IMG/VR virus record: IMGVR_UViG_3300034117_002447
Span: 62,001 to 126,000 of that record
Length of the DNA stretch: 64,000 nucleotides
Reading direction: 5' to 3' (one strand)
The translations under genes were made by a program, and so were the position numbers. Within the stretch, counting starts at the first letter, position 1. The number at the start of each line of letters is the position of its first letter. Shown piece after piece: positions 1-9,752 of the stretch. A model generated the notes under the pieces. That model was not told the origin of the DNA. It did no database searches and worked only from the letters and a program-made list of their open reading frames with translations.

Positions 1-188
1 AGGCGACCGTTAGATCGATCGCCTTAATTCAATTTACCTTGCCAATTGTAAGTAGGTTTAGTTGTGGACTTTTACTTCTTATGCGTCCATAAGAATCCTT
101 CCAGTCAGTGTTTCTTTTTCTACAGTCTTTAAACTATCGTTGCACGTTATCTGACAATTTCAACACGAAGCAAGCGTGTTAACAATCG

Positions 189-309
189 TAGTCAGGACAG
201 GATTCGAACCTGCATGGTCACATCTCTTACCTTTGTTTTCCCCGCTAAGGGAGTGGTGAACGAAGCGAGTTCCGCACCACATAGCGTCTACCAATTCCGC
301 CACCTGACT
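189..309 (-). ncRNA. tRNA-like RNA (AGTCAGG family, copy 1): Leu-type D arm and T arm with a non-canonical ~70-nt core
   Basis: Acceptor stem AGTCAGG/CCTGACT, D arm GCGGAATTGGTAGACGC, T arm GCAGG-TTCGAAT-CCTGT; no canonical anticodon arm. Confidence 0.75.
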
Positions 310-461
310 ATTTAAAACATACCACTCAAATGGGTATTTGTTACAGTGTCACAATTGTTGCCTATACTCCGGTTAATTACTCCTTCTGTACCCAACGGCT
401 TTATGTTGGCTTATAATTGGCTATTTCAAAGTAACTCACATTTTTATTTGTGATATGTGTT

Positions 462-542
462 TGGTACCCTCTGAGAGACTCGAACTCTCACCCTAAGACT
501 AGATCCTAAGTCTAGCGCGTCTACCAATTCCGCCAAGAGGGC
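462..542 (-). tRNA. tRNA-Leu(TAG)
   Basis: Cloverleaf; anticodon arm CTAGA-CTTAGGA-TCTAG; encoded CCA. Confidence 0.95.
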
Positions 543-574
543 AACTTAAAGAACGTTTGTTTTGTTATAAAGTT

Positions 575-603
575 ATTATACCCAATAACTATTAATAATT
601 TCC
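575..603 (-). promoter_or_regulatory. Phage promoter GGAAA(C/T)-N16-GTATAAT
   Basis: GGAAAT-16 nt-GTATAAT upstream of tRNA-Leu; same spacing at four other sites. Confidence 0.6.
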
Positions 604-634
604 TGAGGTCATTTTTTATTTTCAGCAATTCTCG

Positions 635-1177
635 TTAGAATGGGCTGATTAACTCTTTAAACGGGGTTCCCAATTGATCTTTATCCGAAATGATAGGATT
701 TTCAATTTCCCAATCAATCGCTAAGTCCGCATCATTCCATAATATACAGCCTTCATGTTCTTTTGAATAACCGTTTGTGCATTTATAGGAAAAAATAGTG
801 TCGTCTTCTAGGCTAACGAAGCCATGCGCAAAGCCTGGTGGAATCCAAAGTTGATTGCGATCAGTCGTATTTAATACAACTTGAAAGGATTTACCGTAGC
901 TTGGAGAGTCTCGACGAATATCTACCGCAACATCCAACACGCTTCCTGTAATTACCTGAACCAATTTTCCTTGATCAAACGGTGGAGCTTGAAAATGCAA
1001 TCCACGAAGGACTCCTTTTTTGGATCTAGATAAATTATCCTGAACAAATGAATGCTCATTAAGAAATTCAGAATATTTCAGCTGATTAAACGATTCTAGA
1101 AAAAATCCTCTTTCATCGCCAAACACGGATGGATAAACTGATATAAGCCCGTTAGGAAATTCTTGTACAACTTTCAT
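635..1177 (-). CDS. rfbC: dTDP-4-dehydrorhamnose 3,5-epimerase
   Basis: DERGFFLESF, QDNLSRSKKGVLRGLHFQ and PPGFAHGF motifs. Confidence 0.95.
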   Translation of the reverse strand: MKVVQEFPNGLISVYPSVFGDERGFFLESFNQLKYSEFLNEHSFVQDNLSRSKKGVLRGLHFQAPPFDQGKLVQVITGSVLDVAVDIRRDSPSYGKSFQVVLNTTDRNQLWIPPGFAHGFVSLEDDTIFSYKCTNGYSKEHEGCILWNDADLAIDWEIENPIISDKDQLGTPFKELISPF

Positions 1178-1198
1178 TAGTTAATCTATTTTTAATAA

Positions 1199-1672
1199 TT
1201 ACATTACCGTGTGAGGTATCTGAACTCTCACGCAGTTTTGAGGTTCTCCCTCATTCATGAAGAAGTTATTAATGTAACCCATCATGTTCGCTGATCCAAT
1301 TGGATTCGCTGAGTGTACGTAGACTGCTGGAAACCGAATCGGCACATTACGCTTATCGAAACGACTCATCTCAATTCTCTTTGGATTCTCGTCGTAGAAC
1401 TGATTCACCAACCACTTAGTGCAATCCATTCCAGTTTTTTCAGTAATGTTCGTGTAGTCTAGCTTATAGTTAGGACTTACATTCGTGAAGTACTCTGACA
1501 TAGCTGAGTCACCCAAGTCGTGATCCAATGAGATCATGTGAATGTTCTTTAATCCAATTTCCATCACCTTGTCCTTGAACTCCTGGTATGATCTAACAAC
1601 TATCCAGTCCTGTTCAATTGGTGTTCGAACGTCATCTAAATAGATTCTGATCGGTAATTTTTCTTCTTCCAT
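1199..1672 (-). CDS. Cyclic-phosphate-processing receiver-domain protein
   Basis: YLDDVR...ISLDHDLG...TGMDC...VHSANPIG pattern; next to an RNA ligase. Confidence 0.75.
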   Translation of the reverse strand: MEEEKLPIRIYLDDVRTPIEQDWIVVRSYQEFKDKVMEIGLKNIHMISLDHDLGDSAMSEYFTNVSPNYKLDYTNITEKTGMDCTKWLVNQFYDENPKRIEMSRFDKRNVPIRFPAVYVHSANPIGSANMMGYINNFFMNEGEPQNCVRVQIPHTVM

Positions 1673-1686
1673 TTGTATTTGTTTTA

Positions 1687-2889
1687 TTAATGTGAGTCTC
1701 CAATATCGTGCTTTTCTCCGTAAATCAAATAGTCTGGATTAATTACCTTTGCTACTCGATTACGCTCACCGCTTATGTGCTTAATAACAATGCCTTCATG
1801 CGGCACCTTAGTTCCTTTGATCATATTACCAAAGACGAACTGGTCTTGTGTCTCTTGTGACCACGGTCCTGTGTATAGGACTCCAACGTGAGGTAACTCT
1901 AGCGCTTCTTTGAAAAGGAATTCAGTGTAAATAGTGGACTCGTATTTGCCGTTTACTGTGGCATCGAATCCAACGAATTCAATATCAGTCAGACCGTACT
2001 CGTAATTCTTTTGAATACCTGCACCGTAAATTTCTCCGTAAATTACAATACCAGCTCCAAGTTCACCAATCCTATTTTTAGTTTTTGCTAAGGTAAGCAA
2101 CCTGTTCTTGATATCGTACTTCTCGGCAATTGTTCTCCAGACATCAGTTGAATAGAACCCTTGAGAATCAGAACCCTTCTCGACATTATGAGATCCATAA
2201 ACGTACTCGTACTCAAAGAGCTCTCCGGCGAATCCAAAGAATTTTTTAATCCTATCCATGAAGGACAAGCGATTCTTCTTAACTATACCGTATCGTGCAT
2301 TCGTACCGTGGATCTTACGCGTGATTTGCACAATATCCTCTTCAGTAAACATTCCACTAACATTTTTCAAGTTAGGAAACTTGTAGTAGACATGAAAGTT
2401 TGGATTGTCTTGATAACGAACCTTTTTACCTGAAGCAAGTTGGACCTGTCTAACTGGCGGTTCGTACTTGAAAATTCCAAGCATCTCACTAACGTCAACT
2501 CCTTCTTCAATAACGAGTGCATCGTCATAAGGGCCCAACTGTAATTGATCGCCCCAAGGCTGTTTACTAACTCCGATCTTCATTTCTTCTGAACCTTCAA
2601 GCACATTAAGCGGAATGATTAGACACTCACTGTAAACTCCTCTCAACTTAACTGTTCTAACTCGATTGCCCTTACGCAGGTAACCGGTTACTCCCAATTT
2701 TTCGGATAACTCTTCCGGAATAACTGCATCAGTTGTTGCAATGATAACAAATTCGTCCGCCTTGTGTAGTCCTTTTTTAGTAATACAATTCCATCCACCG
2801 ATGATCGCTAACTCAATATTGTCAGCTCCTTCGATTGCCTTGATTTCTGTTACTTTTCCAATGTAACATACGCTGTTTTGATTTTCCAT
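1687..2889 (-). CDS. RNA ligase, DRB0094 family (N-terminal OB fold + ATP-dependent ligase)
   Basis: IEGADNIELA N-terminus, VKLRGVYSE, motif I KIHGTN, YGEIYG, EGIVIK. Confidence 0.9.
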   Translation of the reverse strand: MENQNSVCYIGKVTEIKAIEGADNIELAIIGGWNCITKKGLHKADEFVIIATTDAVIPEELSEKLGVTGYLRKGNRVRTVKLRGVYSECLIIPLNVLEGSEEMKIGVSKQPWGDQLQLGPYDDALVIEEGVDVSEMLGIFKYEPPVRQVQLASGKKVRYQDNPNFHVYYKFPNLKNVSGMFTEEDIVQITRKIHGTNARYGIVKKNRLSFMDRIKKFFGFAGELFEYEYVYGSHNVEKGSDSQGFYSTDVWRTIAEKYDIKNRLLTLAKTKNRIGELGAGIVIYGEIYGAGIQKNYEYGLTDIEFVGFDATVNGKYESTIYTEFLFKEALELPHVGVLYTGPWSQETQDQFVFGNMIKGTKVPHEGIVIKHISGERNRVAKVINPDYLIYGEKHDIGDSH

Positions 2890-2908
2890 TATATTAATTT
2901 TTTTATTT

Positions 2909-3463
2909 TCAGTCTTCGAATAATTTACTTAAGTATACAAACATATTGGCATACTCATGAAGATATTTTTCTTCAGCCGTCCAGCCTAATTGCTGCATGA
3001 ATTCGGGATTTTCTTTTCTGTACATCTCGAACATTCTGCTGCCAGACATTTTTGAGTACTGCACGTTTGCAATTCGGTCGCATAACTTAACGAATATCGC
3101 ATACGGCGTTGTTCTGATTCCATCGTAGTATCGGTAGTTAGCCCGATCATTACGACTCTTGCCTTTCTCGTTTGAGCACGCATAGACAATATCTGCTGCC
3201 ATTTCTCCAAGCGCCTGCTTAACATCATTGTATGAAACTCTGGTGTCTTCAATAAGATCATGGCCCCATGCTCCAAGTAGTACATGCTCAAAATCTTTCT
3301 CATACGTAATTAAAGATTGAAATTTCTTTGCAACTTCAACGACCATACGTAAATGAAATTCATAAGGCAAGTACTTATCGTACATGTGATTCGTGTCTCT
3401 ATGTTGGTCTAGAACCCAGTTTATTTTTGCTTCCATTATTCTTCCATTTATTGTTGCTTCCAT
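2909..3463 (-). CDS. HD-domain hydrolase, RelA/SpoT (Mesh1/SAH-like) type
   Basis: PYEFHL, HDLIEDT and VKLCDRIAN motifs. Confidence 0.8.
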   Translation of the reverse strand: MEATINGRIMEAKINWVLDQHRDTNHMYDKYLPYEFHLRMVVEVAKKFQSLITYEKDFEHVLLGAWGHDLIEDTRVSYNDVKQALGEMAADIVYACSNEKGKSRNDRANYRYYDGIRTTPYAIFVKLCDRIANVQYSKMSGSRMFEMYRKENPEFMQQLGWTAEEKYLHEYANMFVYLSKLFED

Positions 3464-4200
3464 TATTCTTCCATTGTTGGTTTTAACCAGATTTGTGTTC
3501 TAAAAATGTATTCCATAAGGAAAGGGTACTCTGATAACTTAAGTATCGTTGCATGAGTGTCATGTTTGAAACACTTAAAGAGCTCTTCCCTGATTCTCTC
3601 AGCTGATACTACACACATCTTAACTTCGTAATCGTAGTGCTTTATTACTTGAGACATTTCCTCAGGGATAGTAAATCCTTTAGTGATTGAAAATCTAATA
3701 GCTCTCAAGATTCTCAAAGGATCATCGTGAAACGTTTCCTCGCAAGGTAATGGCGTTACTAATAGCCCAAGCTTCAAGTGAGTCAGCCCATCAAAGTAGT
3801 CAATGATCGAGCCGTCCGCTTCTCTTGCCAGGGCATTAAGAGTAAAGTCTCTTCTCTGTAAATCGTCGAATAGGGTTCCAGGCTTAATGATCGGAGTTCT
3901 GGTAAACGGCACGTATCCAGTCTCTTTTCTAGACATTACAAAATCAGCAACTCCTTGGTACTTATGTCCGTCTGGAAATTTTGCTCTGATTGTGTAACAT
4001 TCTTTGGTGATCAGGAATATCTGGAATTTTTCACGAGTTAAGTAGTCAACTAGCAAGTCAAACATATCAGCCGCCTCAGGAAATTCCTCAAGCAGAGTTG
4101 CTTTCGGCACGGCTACGTAATCAACGTCTTTGGACTGAAGTCCCAAGATCTCGTCTCTTACCTTTCCGCCTACTTCGTAAAATTCAAATGGTGCTGTCAT
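3463..4200 (-). CDS. cca: tRNA nucleotidyltransferase (CCA-adding/poly(A) polymerase family)
   Basis: VGGKVRD, DVDYV, DLQRRDFTLNAL, DDPLRILRAIRF, SAERIREE. Confidence 0.9.
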   Translation of the reverse strand: MTAPFEFYEVGGKVRDEILGLQSKDVDYVAVPKATLLEEFPEAADMFDLLVDYLTREKFQIFLITKECYTIRAKFPDGHKYQGVADFVMSRKETGYVPFTRTPIIKPGTLFDDLQRRDFTLNALAREADGSIIDYFDGLTHLKLGLLVTPLPCEETFHDDPLRILRAIRFSITKGFTIPEEMSQVIKHYDYEVKMCVVSAERIREELFKCFKHDTHATILKLSEYPFLMEYIFRTQIWLKPTMEE

Positions 4201-4230
4201 GTTATTTCTTTTTACTATTATACCAAAATA

Positions 4231-4262
4231 AAAAAGTCTCTAGACAAATCTAGAGACTTTTT
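4231..4262. terminator. Intrinsic terminator (bidirectional-looking)
   Basis: AAAAAGTCTCTAGA-CAAA-TCTAGAGACTTTTT. Confidence 0.8.
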
Positions 4263-4281
4263 GTCTTAAATTTATTAAAAA

Positions 4282-5715
4282 TTATTCTGCGCCTGGTGTA
4301 AGCTTGTTAAGCATAGCCAGTAAGCCTTTACCTTCAGGTGTCTGTTTCAATGATTCAAGAAGCCCGTTAATCTGTGAACCTCCTTTAGCTGTGAATAGGT
4401 CGCTTAACTTGCCAATTCCTGAGTGTACGTCTCCACTATTTACCAATAGTTTCAAGTCAGCTCCAGCCATTGCTTTTGCCATCGATTCGTATTGTGCAAC
4501 TCCGACTACTTGAGTTACTTCAACTTCTCTAATTTTGATCAAGTATTCTTGGTAAGATTTGTTTTCGCCAATCTCTTTTGCTAGGGTTGTTTGGGCAGTT
4601 ACTCCAGCAAGCTCCATTGCTTTCTTGGATTCAGCCTGCGATATACCCTTTGCTTTAATAATATCTGCTTCTGCTTGGCCCAGAGTTTTAACACCTTCTG
4701 CATTTTTGATCTGTGCTTCAAGTGTAGCAGAAGCCTCAGTCTCAATTCTAAATTTATTAGCCTCTGCGTCAATTTCAGTTTTGCGTTTTTGTTGCTCAGC
4801 TGCAATAATTGCCTTTTCCTTATCAATTTCAGCCTGCTTAATCTCATTAACTTTAACGACCTCCATTTGCTGTTCAGCAGTAGCTCGTTCAGCTTGAGCG
4901 ATATCTGATATTGACTCTTGTTCTGCAATACCTGCCTTTTTTGTAGCCTCTGCTTTGGCAATACCGATTGCCTGTATTGATTGAGCTTGCGCCTCTCCTG
5001 CAATTTTCTGAGTTTCTGCTTTAGTTACATCAATTTCTTGTTGAGCAGTTAGTTCCGCCTGCTCTGCCAATTTAGTGTTTTTAGCAACTTCAGTTCTGGA
5101 TTCCATATCAATCGCAGACATTCGCTTAGCCATAATCTGGTGAATAACGCTCGAACCGTCAGTATCTCTAACATCCATTAACTCGATATTTTTAATAGGC
5201 TCAACTCCCCAATTAGATAAATCAACTTTAACACTTTCAGTAAATTTTTCGCCAAAGATAGATCGTTCTTCCATAATTTCCTCCAATTTAGACTTTGCTA
5301 AAATAGAACGAACTGCTCCTTGAACTACATTTTCCAGCTGCTTTTTCAACTCGTCAAATGATTCTACTTTCTCGGCAGCTTTATTTGTATCAGCAATGTG
5401 GAAGAATGCCTTAACGTCAACTACGAAAGGGACACGGTCCTTATCATACGCTGAATATTTAGCTAAGTCAATATCAAAGTTAGATACTGGCAATGATCTG
5501 ACCATAACTCCGATTTTAGGTAACCACTTCGGCCACTCATAATAAACGTTAGAGCCTTTACCTACGCCATAGGAAACAGTTTTGTCTCCTCGTTGAACGA
5601 TGTGGACTACGTTAGTTGGCACGATTCGACGTAGAGATAGTGCATAAAAAAATACGATTACCCCTATTAAGGCCGGTAGTCCGTACATAAGTGATGATGT
5701 GATGATTTCTGTCAT
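4282..5715 (-). CDS. SPFH/flotillin (band 7) membrane protein
   Basis: N-terminal TM helix, SPFH region, long AE-rich coiled coil. Confidence 0.85.
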   Translation of the reverse strand: MTEIITSSLMYGLPALIGVIVFFYALSLRRIVPTNVVHIVQRGDKTVSYGVGKGSNVYYEWPKWLPKIGVMVRSLPVSNFDIDLAKYSAYDKDRVPFVVDVKAFFHIADTNKAAEKVESFDELKKQLENVVQGAVRSILAKSKLEEIMEERSIFGEKFTESVKVDLSNWGVEPIKNIELMDVRDTDGSSVIHQIMAKRMSAIDMESRTEVAKNTKLAEQAELTAQQEIDVTKAETQKIAGEAQAQSIQAIGIAKAEATKKAGIAEQESISDIAQAERATAEQQMEVVKVNEIKQAEIDKEKAIIAAEQQKRKTEIDAEANKFRIETEASATLEAQIKNAEGVKTLGQAEADIIKAKGISQAESKKAMELAGVTAQTTLAKEIGENKSYQEYLIKIREVEVTQVVGVAQYESMAKAMAGADLKLLVNSGDVHSGIGKLSDLFTAKGGSQINGLLESLKQTPEGKGLLAMLNKLTPGAE

Positions 5716-5789
5716 TTTTTTTTGTTTTTATTAATTATTAAAATATAGAGATTACATTAGCCCGATTAGCTAACTACTTTGTTATTATA

Positions 5790-6176
5790 CTAAATTTCCA
5801 TACCAATTGATTTCCAATATTCAGGCCCTCCGTAATACGAGCACAATTCGTCTCCTGGATTAATATCGACTAGTGCAAAGAACGTAAAACAATTCTTTTC
5901 AGTATCATGTCTCCAATTTATATTTGGAGTTTCACTGTGATTGTAGATTCCTCCGAATCCAAGAAGAACGCCATACTCTACGCAGCCTAATTTCTCAGAA
6001 CGGCCGACTATGAATCGATAATCATTAAAAATAGGATCATCTGATGTCGCATCGAATGTTATGAAATGACATTCTTCAATAATCTCGCCTGGGCTAATAG
6101 ATTGCGTTGCGAATACTCCAAGTCCGTGTATTGGACTGGATGCGACTACTAGTTTAGAGGGTCCCGTTAATTCCAT
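5790..6176 (-). CDS. SET-domain protein (putative methyltransferase)
   Basis: SPIHGLGVFA, NHSETPN, DINPGDELCSYY. Confidence 0.9.
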   Translation of the reverse strand: MELTGPSKLVVASSPIHGLGVFATQSISPGEIIEECHFITFDATSDDPIFNDYRFIVGRSEKLGCVEYGVLLGFGGIYNHSETPNINWRHDTEKNCFTFFALVDINPGDELCSYYGGPEYWKSIGMEI

Positions 6177-6613
6177 TATTGGCTCCTCTTTGTGTACCAG
6201 TCAACAAAAGAAACGCAACAGTCCCATGCAGCAATTCGCTTAACATCTCCAGAATAATCATCTAAGAAGTCTTCATCGATAATTAGGTCAGTCGCTTCAA
6301 ATCTTCGATCCTTGTCGTACTTAATAATTTGAATTCCTCTACGGTGAATGCTGACGCAGAAACCAAGACTCTCGATCTTTTCGATTACTGGAAAAATCCA
6401 GCTCCATGAGGTTTCATATCTAAATATTCCAAGTGCAGCCAATTCCTGATCGTGACTGGGAATTCCAGAGAGTCCACCCCATTTTTCAAAGACGCCTTTG
6501 CCGTTTGAGCCGTGTGGCATTTCGTAGGTTTCACTAGAGACAATTGTGCCTCCCATGAATTGCGCAAGGAGTCGATTACCCTCGCCGATTTTATTGTGTG
6601 TATTCTGTATCAT
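6176..6613 (-). CDS. Hypothetical phage protein
   Basis: Translationally coupled ORF; SWSWIFPVIEKIE motif. Confidence 0.6.
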   Translation of the reverse strand: MIQNTHNKIGEGNRLLAQFMGGTIVSSETYEMPHGSNGKGVFEKWGGLSGIPSHDQELAALGIFRYETSWSWIFPVIEKIESLGFCVSIHRRGIQIIKYDKDRRFEATDLIIDEDFLDDYSGDVKRIAAWDCCVSFVDWYTKRSQ

Positions 6614-7278
6614 CTTCCTTCGTTTGTTTCATGGTGATCGTTCGGTAAAACCAAACACTTAACTGGACGGTCTCTCATAATCTTTGCGATTTCTTGAAGA
6701 GAATATGGGTCCATGAAGTTGCCGTCCATGCCAACGTCCATTGCTTTACCTGCATGTAATTTATTGTGTGGGCCTAAGTGAACGTGACCATGTAATTGAA
6801 TTACTCCACGGTTCATATCGTGCCAACTTGCGATTGGGTAATGACATAGCACAAACGTTTTCTTAATAGTCTTCGCTGGATTTATTTCGTTCGGCACGTT
6901 TGGAACAGTAAGTTCCAGTCTAACGTAATGATTCACTGATGCAAATAGAGCCTTGACTCCTCCCTTGTCATTCTCGATGTGCTGGTCGTGATTACCTAGA
7001 ACCAAATGAATGTTCTTACAGAGCAACCTGTCTCTGAACTCCTGGATGTTATCAAATCCTCCGAACGACCAGTCTCCTAAGTGGAAAAGAATATCGTCTT
7101 CGCTGACTAGGTGATTGATATTGTTAACAATCGTATCATTCATTTTATCCAGGGTATCGAAATCTCTGGTCTTACTCTCGGCCGGCCAATTAGACGTTCC
7201 TCTACAAATATTTGAGTGTTTGTAGTGAGTATCTGACGTGAACCATATTCGCTGATGAGGCTGTAATGTAATTTTCAT
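6610..7278 (-). CDS. Calcineurin-like metallophosphoesterase
   Basis: SDTH, HLGD, GNHD, HGHVH. Confidence 0.9.
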   Translation of the reverse strand: MKITLQPHQRIWFTSDTHYKHSNICRGTSNWPAESKTRDFDTLDKMNDTIVNNINHLVSEDDILFHLGDWSFGGFDNIQEFRDRLLCKNIHLVLGNHDQHIENDKGGVKALFASVNHYVRLELTVPNVPNEINPAKTIKKTFVLCHYPIASWHDMNRGVIQLHGHVHLGPHNKLHAGKAMDVGMDGNFMDPYSLQEIAKIMRDRPVKCLVLPNDHHETNEGR

Positions 7279-7293
7279 AAATCTAATTTACCA

Positions 7294-7320
7294 AAAAAGG
7301 AACCTAGTCGGTTCCTTTTT
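7294..7320. terminator. Intrinsic terminator
   Basis: AAAAAGGAACC-TAGTC-GGTTCCTTTTT. Confidence 0.7.
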
Positions 7321-7358
7321 ATTTTTAATAGTTGACTAGTTTTAAACTGGGCACCGTA

Positions 7359-7625
7359 CTAATCGTTGTCATCTGTGCTCGATGGGGACTGAGTCGTAGT
7401 TAGTACTTCGCGATAAAGATTCTCGCTTGGCTTTTTAGTAGACTCACAAAATAGAGGTTCGCCGTTGGCTTCCGCCTCTTTGTTTGCTCTTTTAAATTCG
7501 TCAAGCGATTTCATATAGTGCTCTGCTGCAATTCTATCGCGTCTGTTGCCTAGTGCCAAGCCTAGCACAACAAATAGAACAAAGGCTGCCACTGTTGTAA
7601 TAAGGAGGGTAGTTATACCTATCAT
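7359..7625 (-). CDS. Hypothetical membrane protein
   Basis: N-terminal hydrophobic helix. Confidence 0.6.
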   Translation of the reverse strand: MIGITTLLITTVAAFVLFVVLGLALGNRRDRIAAEHYMKSLDEFKRANKEAEANGEPLFCESTKKPSENLYREVLTTTQSPSSTDDND

Positions 7626-7647
7626 AATTTATGGGTTTTTTATGTTA

Positions 7648-8577
7648 CTAAAATAAGTTAAATTGTTTTACGAAATCTGCGCTAACTGTGTAGTCAGAGT
7701 ACTCGTCAGCTTTAATATCCTGTACTGAATTTGTACAGTAAACTTTTTCGAAGTATGCAGAAAGATCAAATAATCCTGAACTGAAAATTCCATGGGTCGC
7801 TATCAAGTATATTTTCGAATCTTGAGTTCTCTCCTTGATTGCTTTTGCTAATTCAATTGAAGTTCCAGCACTATCGCAAATATCGTCCACGATAACGAAT
7901 TTCTTGCCGTACTCATGCACTAATGGTTTTAAGGAAATATCGGTGTGAGTGATTTTACTGGTTTTTGGATCTCTGTGCTTTACCGCAGTCACCACCTCAT
8001 TTAAGTCAAACCAGTCAGCGACTTTGTAAATTTTCCTTAGAGCACCTGCGTCTGGAGAAACAAGAACAATATTCTCTCTTGCCTGATTCGTGTTATCAAT
8101 ATCAGTAAGCGCGTACTTAACGAGTAAGTAATTAGATACTTTTTGGAAATTATTGAGACAGGCTTCCAATACATCAGAGTGAGGATCCAGAACCTGCACA
8201 GATTCAAATTTCTGAGAATTAATGATTGGGCAAATAACGGTCTTTAGGTAATTTGAAGAACCTTCTGAGAATTTACGGTCACTACGTGCTCCCAAGAAAT
8301 AGGGAACATACAGGGAAACTGTCGCGACTCCACATTCGCGAAGAGCCTGATTTGCACAGATAATTAACTCAAGATCCTTGAAGTTATTTAGTCTAGATTT
8401 TATTACGACATCAGCTTCGTGTAGGTAACTTAAGTTTCCACGCATATCGCCAGTTAGAGTTAATGACTGTTGACCGTCAGCAAACTTTGAAACTTTGAAA
8501 TCAACGAATGCACTTCTTTCAAAGTGGTCTCGTCCTTCGTTTTCCGGATTTGCTAGATTAAGAGTTAGTAGTCTCAT
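7648..8577 (-). CDS. Ribose-phosphate pyrophosphokinase-like protein (phage Prs/Adps-like)
   Basis: PYFLGARSDR, DPHS, VSPDAGA, IVDDICDSAGT, THGIFS. Confidence 0.85.
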   Translation of the reverse strand: MRLLTLNLANPENEGRDHFERSAFVDFKVSKFADGQQSLTLTGDMRGNLSYLHEADVVIKSRLNNFKDLELIICANQALRECGVATVSLYVPYFLGARSDRKFSEGSSNYLKTVICPIINSQKFESVQVLDPHSDVLEACLNNFQKVSNYLLVKYALTDIDNTNQARENIVLVSPDAGALRKIYKVADWFDLNEVVTAVKHRDPKTSKITHTDISLKPLVHEYGKKFVIVDDICDSAGTSIELAKAIKERTQDSKIYLIATHGIFSSGLFDLSAYFEKVYCTNSVQDIKADEYSDYTVSADFVKQFNLF

Positions 8578-9106
8578 GTGTATGTTTTGCTATTTTAGTT
8601 AAGGTGTCAAACGTTTGGGCAATACCATCGTATTCAGTATTGTATTTTAAGATTGCTTTATGAAGCTTACGTTCAGTAGAGATAATCTTCTTAACGTCCC
8701 ACCAATTACATGCCAATAGATCTGAACTAATTGACTCAATTTCATGAGCTCTCTTCTGATACAATTCAACAAGTGTCATCATCTTTTCCTGGATGGTCAT
8801 TGCTCTCTGTAATTTAAAATCTCTATCGGAAATCTCAATTAGAGCTGACTGTAGTAATTGCTGAACTTGGTAATGATCTATTGCAACTGGCAAATCTGAT
8901 CCTATTAAGTGATCAATATTACTTATCGTAACTGGTGTAGCGAGGTCAGACTCGCCGGCCAATCGCTTTGCGGAGTCCATTGTATTTGCAACAATAGCAA
9001 AGGGTCGATCGTAGTGATTAGTTCCTTGCCTCATTAGCTCAGTATGGCCAATTCCTCTTTTTGAAATTGCTGAAATTAGGCTCTTAATTTTATCTACAGT
9101 TGTCAT
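8558..9106 (-). CDS. Hypothetical protein
   Basis: ORF in operon-like run. Confidence 0.6.
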   Translation of the reverse strand: MTTVDKIKSLISAISKRGIGHTELMRQGTNHYDRPFAIVANTMDSAKRLAGESDLATPVTISNIDHLIGSDLPVAIDHYQVQQLLQSALIEISDRDFKLQRAMTIQEKMMTLVELYQKRAHEIESISSDLLACNWWDVKKIISTERKLHKAILKYNTEYDGIAQTFDTLTKIAKHTHETTNS

Positions 9107-9108
9107 AG

Positions 9109-9495
9109 TTATTCTCCTTTTTTTATTTTACTCAAGATTTCCTCAGGGATTTGGCGAATGCAATATTCTACAATATGTTTTAAGTCGTCGGTCGGTAGTA
9201 CCATTACCTGAAACGTGTATAAGGTCTCGCCTCCAATGATTGGATGAGGTTCTGTTGTTATCTGATCTTCAAACTCGTCAATCATGTGCTTTGCGACTTT
9301 CTGCATCAGCTGAGCACTTACCATCTTATCAATATCTAACTGCGGATTGGCTGACTTAAGTTCTTCACTAACAACATGTTTAGTCGTAAGTAAAGATCTT
9401 TCAAGCAGAGCAGCCTGTTTAAAATTACGTAACTGCACCAGAGCTTTTGAGATGTACTCATTTGGTGTAATGCCGTCCATGTTTACGTCTCTCAT
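9109..9495 (-). CDS. Hypothetical protein
   Basis: ORF in operon-like run. Confidence 0.6.
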   Translation of the reverse strand: MRDVNMDGITPNEYISKALVQLRNFKQAALLERSLLTTKHVVSEELKSANPQLDIDKMVSAQLMQKVAKHMIDEFEDQITTEPHPIIGGETLYTFQVMVLPTDDLKHIVEYCIRQIPEEILSKIKKGE

Positions 9496-9497
9496 TT

Positions 9498-9752
9498 TTA
9501 TTGATTGTTAAAAAGTTCAAGGTACTTATTTCGGATTTCGATCGCTTTTCGTCTTTTAGAAAACGAGGCGCCGTCCGGTAAAACGATTGCGTTTAATTCG
9601 GACTCTTCTGCATTTTCGCAAATGAAATCAAACTCATCGTCAGTTATGTTAAAGCTGGAGATCATCATGTCATCCATTAGGTCAGTTATTCCATGCTTGC
9701 CAGGTAGGACTGATTTTAGGCAAGCTTGTACTTCAGGTCTTAATACTTTCAT
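9498..9752 (-). CDS. Hypothetical protein
   Basis: Coupled ORF. Confidence 0.6.
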   Translation of the reverse strand: MKVLRPEVQACLKSVLPGKHGITDLMDDMMISSFNITDDEFDFICENAEESELNAIVLPDGASFSKRRKAIEIRNKYLELFNNQ

